A stretch of DNA of 63,994 nt, counting the filler, from Asterionella formosa (taxonomy: Eukaryota): assembly GCA_002256025.1 (NCBI GenBank). It is 21 parts of 21 records of this genome, joined end to end, with 100 filler letters (N's around TTAATTAATTAA, not from the genome) between each part and the next. Parts side by side here need not be neighbours in the genome. Positions count along the whole stretch, not along the records: positions 61,054 to 63,994 come from NKIB01014632.1; 20 more parts are not named here. The stretch is one strand, 5' to 3'. How positions within the stretch are numbered: position 1 is the stretch's first letter; the number at the start of each line of letters is the position of its first letter. The translations under genes were made by a program, and so were the position numbers. Shown here in pieces: positions 61,573 through 63,994 of the stretch. The notes beneath the pieces are model-generated. The model made no database searches. It saw only the letters and a program-made list of their open reading frames with translations, and was not told where the DNA came from.

Positions 61573-63994
61573 AATTTGGTGGAGAAACGAGGTATGGAAG
61601 TTTTGTTGCCACAGTACTTATGATCAGTCCACAAGCAACAAATATTTATTTCATATCCTGATGACCAATTGAATCAATATATGTTCGTTCTGAGAATATC
61701 GATATTCGAAATGCTGACAATGCTCTCGTGTACATCGAATACTATACTGGATAGAAATCGGCCTTACATTGGTGGAGGAAGATGGTTTGGAATACTGGTC
61801 ATGCAGCAGCCACAGGAACTGAAATATTACACATCCTGATGACCAATTTGATCAATATATGTTCGTTCTGAGAATATAGATATTCGAAATGAAGGCAGTG
61901 ATCTCGTGTAAATAGAATACTTTGCTGGATAAAAATCGGCCTTATATTGGTGGAGAAAGATGGTTTGGAATTTTTGAAGCCACAGCTCTGATGATCAGTC
62001 CACAAGCATCCGAAAATTTACACATCCTCATGCCTCCAGCATTGATCAATATATATTTGTTCTGAGACAATCAACATTGTCCATGACAAAATTGATCTCG
62101 TTTACATCGAATACTATGCTGGATAAAAATCGACCTTATATTGGTGGAGAAAGATGGTTTGGAATTTTTGCAACCACAGCACTGATGTTCAGTCCACAGC
62201 AAGCACAGATATTTTACAAACCTTCCCAATGACCAATTTGATCAATATATGTTCGTTCTGAAAATATCGCCATTCGCCATGACGGTATTGCTCTTGTGGA
62301 CAACGAATACTATGCTGGATAGAAATCGGCCTTAAATTGGTGGAGAAAGGAGGTTTGGAATTCTTGTTGCCACAGCACTGCTGATCAGTCCACAAGCATC
62401 CGAAAATTTTACTCATCCTGATGCCTCCATTGATCAATATATGTTCGTTCTGAGAATATCGACATTGTTCATGACGACTTTGATCTTGTGTACATCGAAA
62501 ACTTTGCTTGATAGAAATCGGTCTTAAATTGGGGGAGAAAGATGGTTTGGAATACTGGTCATGCAGCAGTTCACAAGAACCGAAATTTTACACATCTTGA
62601 TGACCAATTTGATCAATATATGTTCGTTCTGAGAATATCGATATTCGAAATGACGGCACTGACCTCGTGTACATCTAATACTATGCTGGATAAAACTTGG
62701 CCTTATATTGGTTGAGAAAGATGGTTTGGAATTTTTGCAACCACAGCACTGATGTTCAGTCCACAGCAAGCACCGAGATTTTACAAACCTTCCTGATGAC
62801 CAATTTGATCAATATATGTTTGTTCTGAAAATATCGCCATTCGCCATGACGGCTTTGATCTAGCGTTCATCGAATACTAGCTTTGCTAGATAGAATCAGC
62901 CATAAAATGGTGGAGCAAGATGGTTCGGAATTTCCGTTGCAACAGCACTGGTCATGCAGCAGTCCACAGCAAGCACCGAAAATTTACACACCTACTTGGC
63001 TGATGACCAATTCGATTTATATATGTTTGTTCTGAGAATATCGATATTCTAAATGACTGCAGTGATCTCTTGTACATCGAATACTATGCTTGATATAAAT
63101 CGGCCTTCAATTGGTGGAGACAGATGGTTTGGAATTTTTGTTTCTACTGCACTGGCTAATGATCAGTCCACAAGCACAGTGAATTTACACATCCTGATGT
63201 CTCCTTTGATCAATATATGTCCGTTCTGAGAATATCTACAATCGAAATGACAGCATTGATCTTTTGTACATCGAATACTATGTTTGATAAAAATCGGCTT
63301 TAAATTGCTGGTTGGAGAAAGGAGGTTTGGAATTCTTGTTGCAACAGCACTGATCACAAGCATTCGAAAATTTCACTCATCCTGATGCCTCCATTGATCA
63401 ATATATGTTCACTTTGAGAATATCGACATTGTCCATGACAACTTTGATCTTGTGTACATCGAAAACTTTGCTTGATAGAAATCGGTCTTAAATTGGTGGA
63501 GAAAGATGGCTGGTTTGGAATACTGGTCATGCAGCAGTCCACAAGAACCGAAATTGTACACATCCTGATGACCAATTTGATCAATATATGTCGGCATTGA
63601 TCTCGTGTACATCGAATACTTTTCTAGATAGAAATCAGCCTTAAAATGGTGGAGCAAGATGGTTAGGAATTTTTGTTGCTTACAGGAATTACAATCAGTC
63701 CACAAGCACCGAAAATTTTATTTCACATCCTGATGAACAATTTGATCAAAAAATGTTCGTTCTTAGTATATCGACATTCATTATGACGCCATTGATGTCG
63801 TGTTCATCGAATACTATGATTGATAAAAATTAGAATTAAATTGGTGGAGAAAGATGGTTTGGAATTTTTGTTGCCACAGCACTGATGATCAGTCCACAAG
63901 CATCCGAAAATTTACACATCCGGAGGCCTCCTTTGATCAATATACGTTCGTTCTGAGCATATGAACATTCGACACGACTGCATTGATTTTGTGT
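61573..63994 (+). repeat. Satellite C array, monomer mostly 178-207 bp, about 13 copies
   Basis: GATCAATATATGTTCGTTCTGAGAATATC landmark near 61681, 61859, 62053, 62249, 62441, 62620, 62816 and onward. Confidence 0.95.

Noticed and set aside
61799..63705. Family of similar short ORFs (SKPSFSTN...HILIKLVI)
   Set aside because: Translations of satellite monomers. Unit lengths vary by non-multiples of three and stops are frequent.
61573..63994. Hammerhead ribozyme in satellite C (CTGATGA ... CGAAA with a TGTTG/CAGCA stem)
   Set aside because: Stem II cannot form, stem III is out of register by one base, and CTGATGA is not conserved across monomers.

Overview
Eukaryotic nuclear DNA, not a prokaryotic locus. 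The window is 21 unrelated contigs of about 2.94-2.97 kb each, roughly sorted by size and joined by 20 artificial 100-bp linkers (N44-TTAATTAATTAA-N44), so neighbourhood across linkers carries no biological meaning. Short GT-AG introns, CoDi-type Copia elements, a CryptonS-like recombinase and the gene set point to a stramenopile, most likely a diatom (inference, no database search run). Host genes: Mediator subunit Med17-like, a mitochondrial carrier 3' end, RRP7, an LtrA-family membrane protein, RPLP2, a TPK-type two-pore K+ channel with EF-hands, an LRR-protein 3' end, a truncated mitochondrial intermediate peptidase fragment and an unknown repeat membrane protein. The rest is repeat-rich: Gypsy and Copia LTR elements, pogo-like, IS630/Tc1-like, Harbinger-like and Crypton remnants, MITEs and three distinct ~190-bp satellites. 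Best leads: (1) a 232-bp tRNA-Ala-headed SINE-like insertion with a perfect 19-bp TSD and a decayed hammerhead-like core, inside a Crypton; (2) an unidentified ~230-nt G-U-rich structured RNA candidate upstream of the K+ channel; (3) pervasive TA-x-TA motifs that behave like DNA-transposon excision footprints; (4) a repeat protein with one homogenised and one hypervariable segment. No CRISPR array or rRNA was found.
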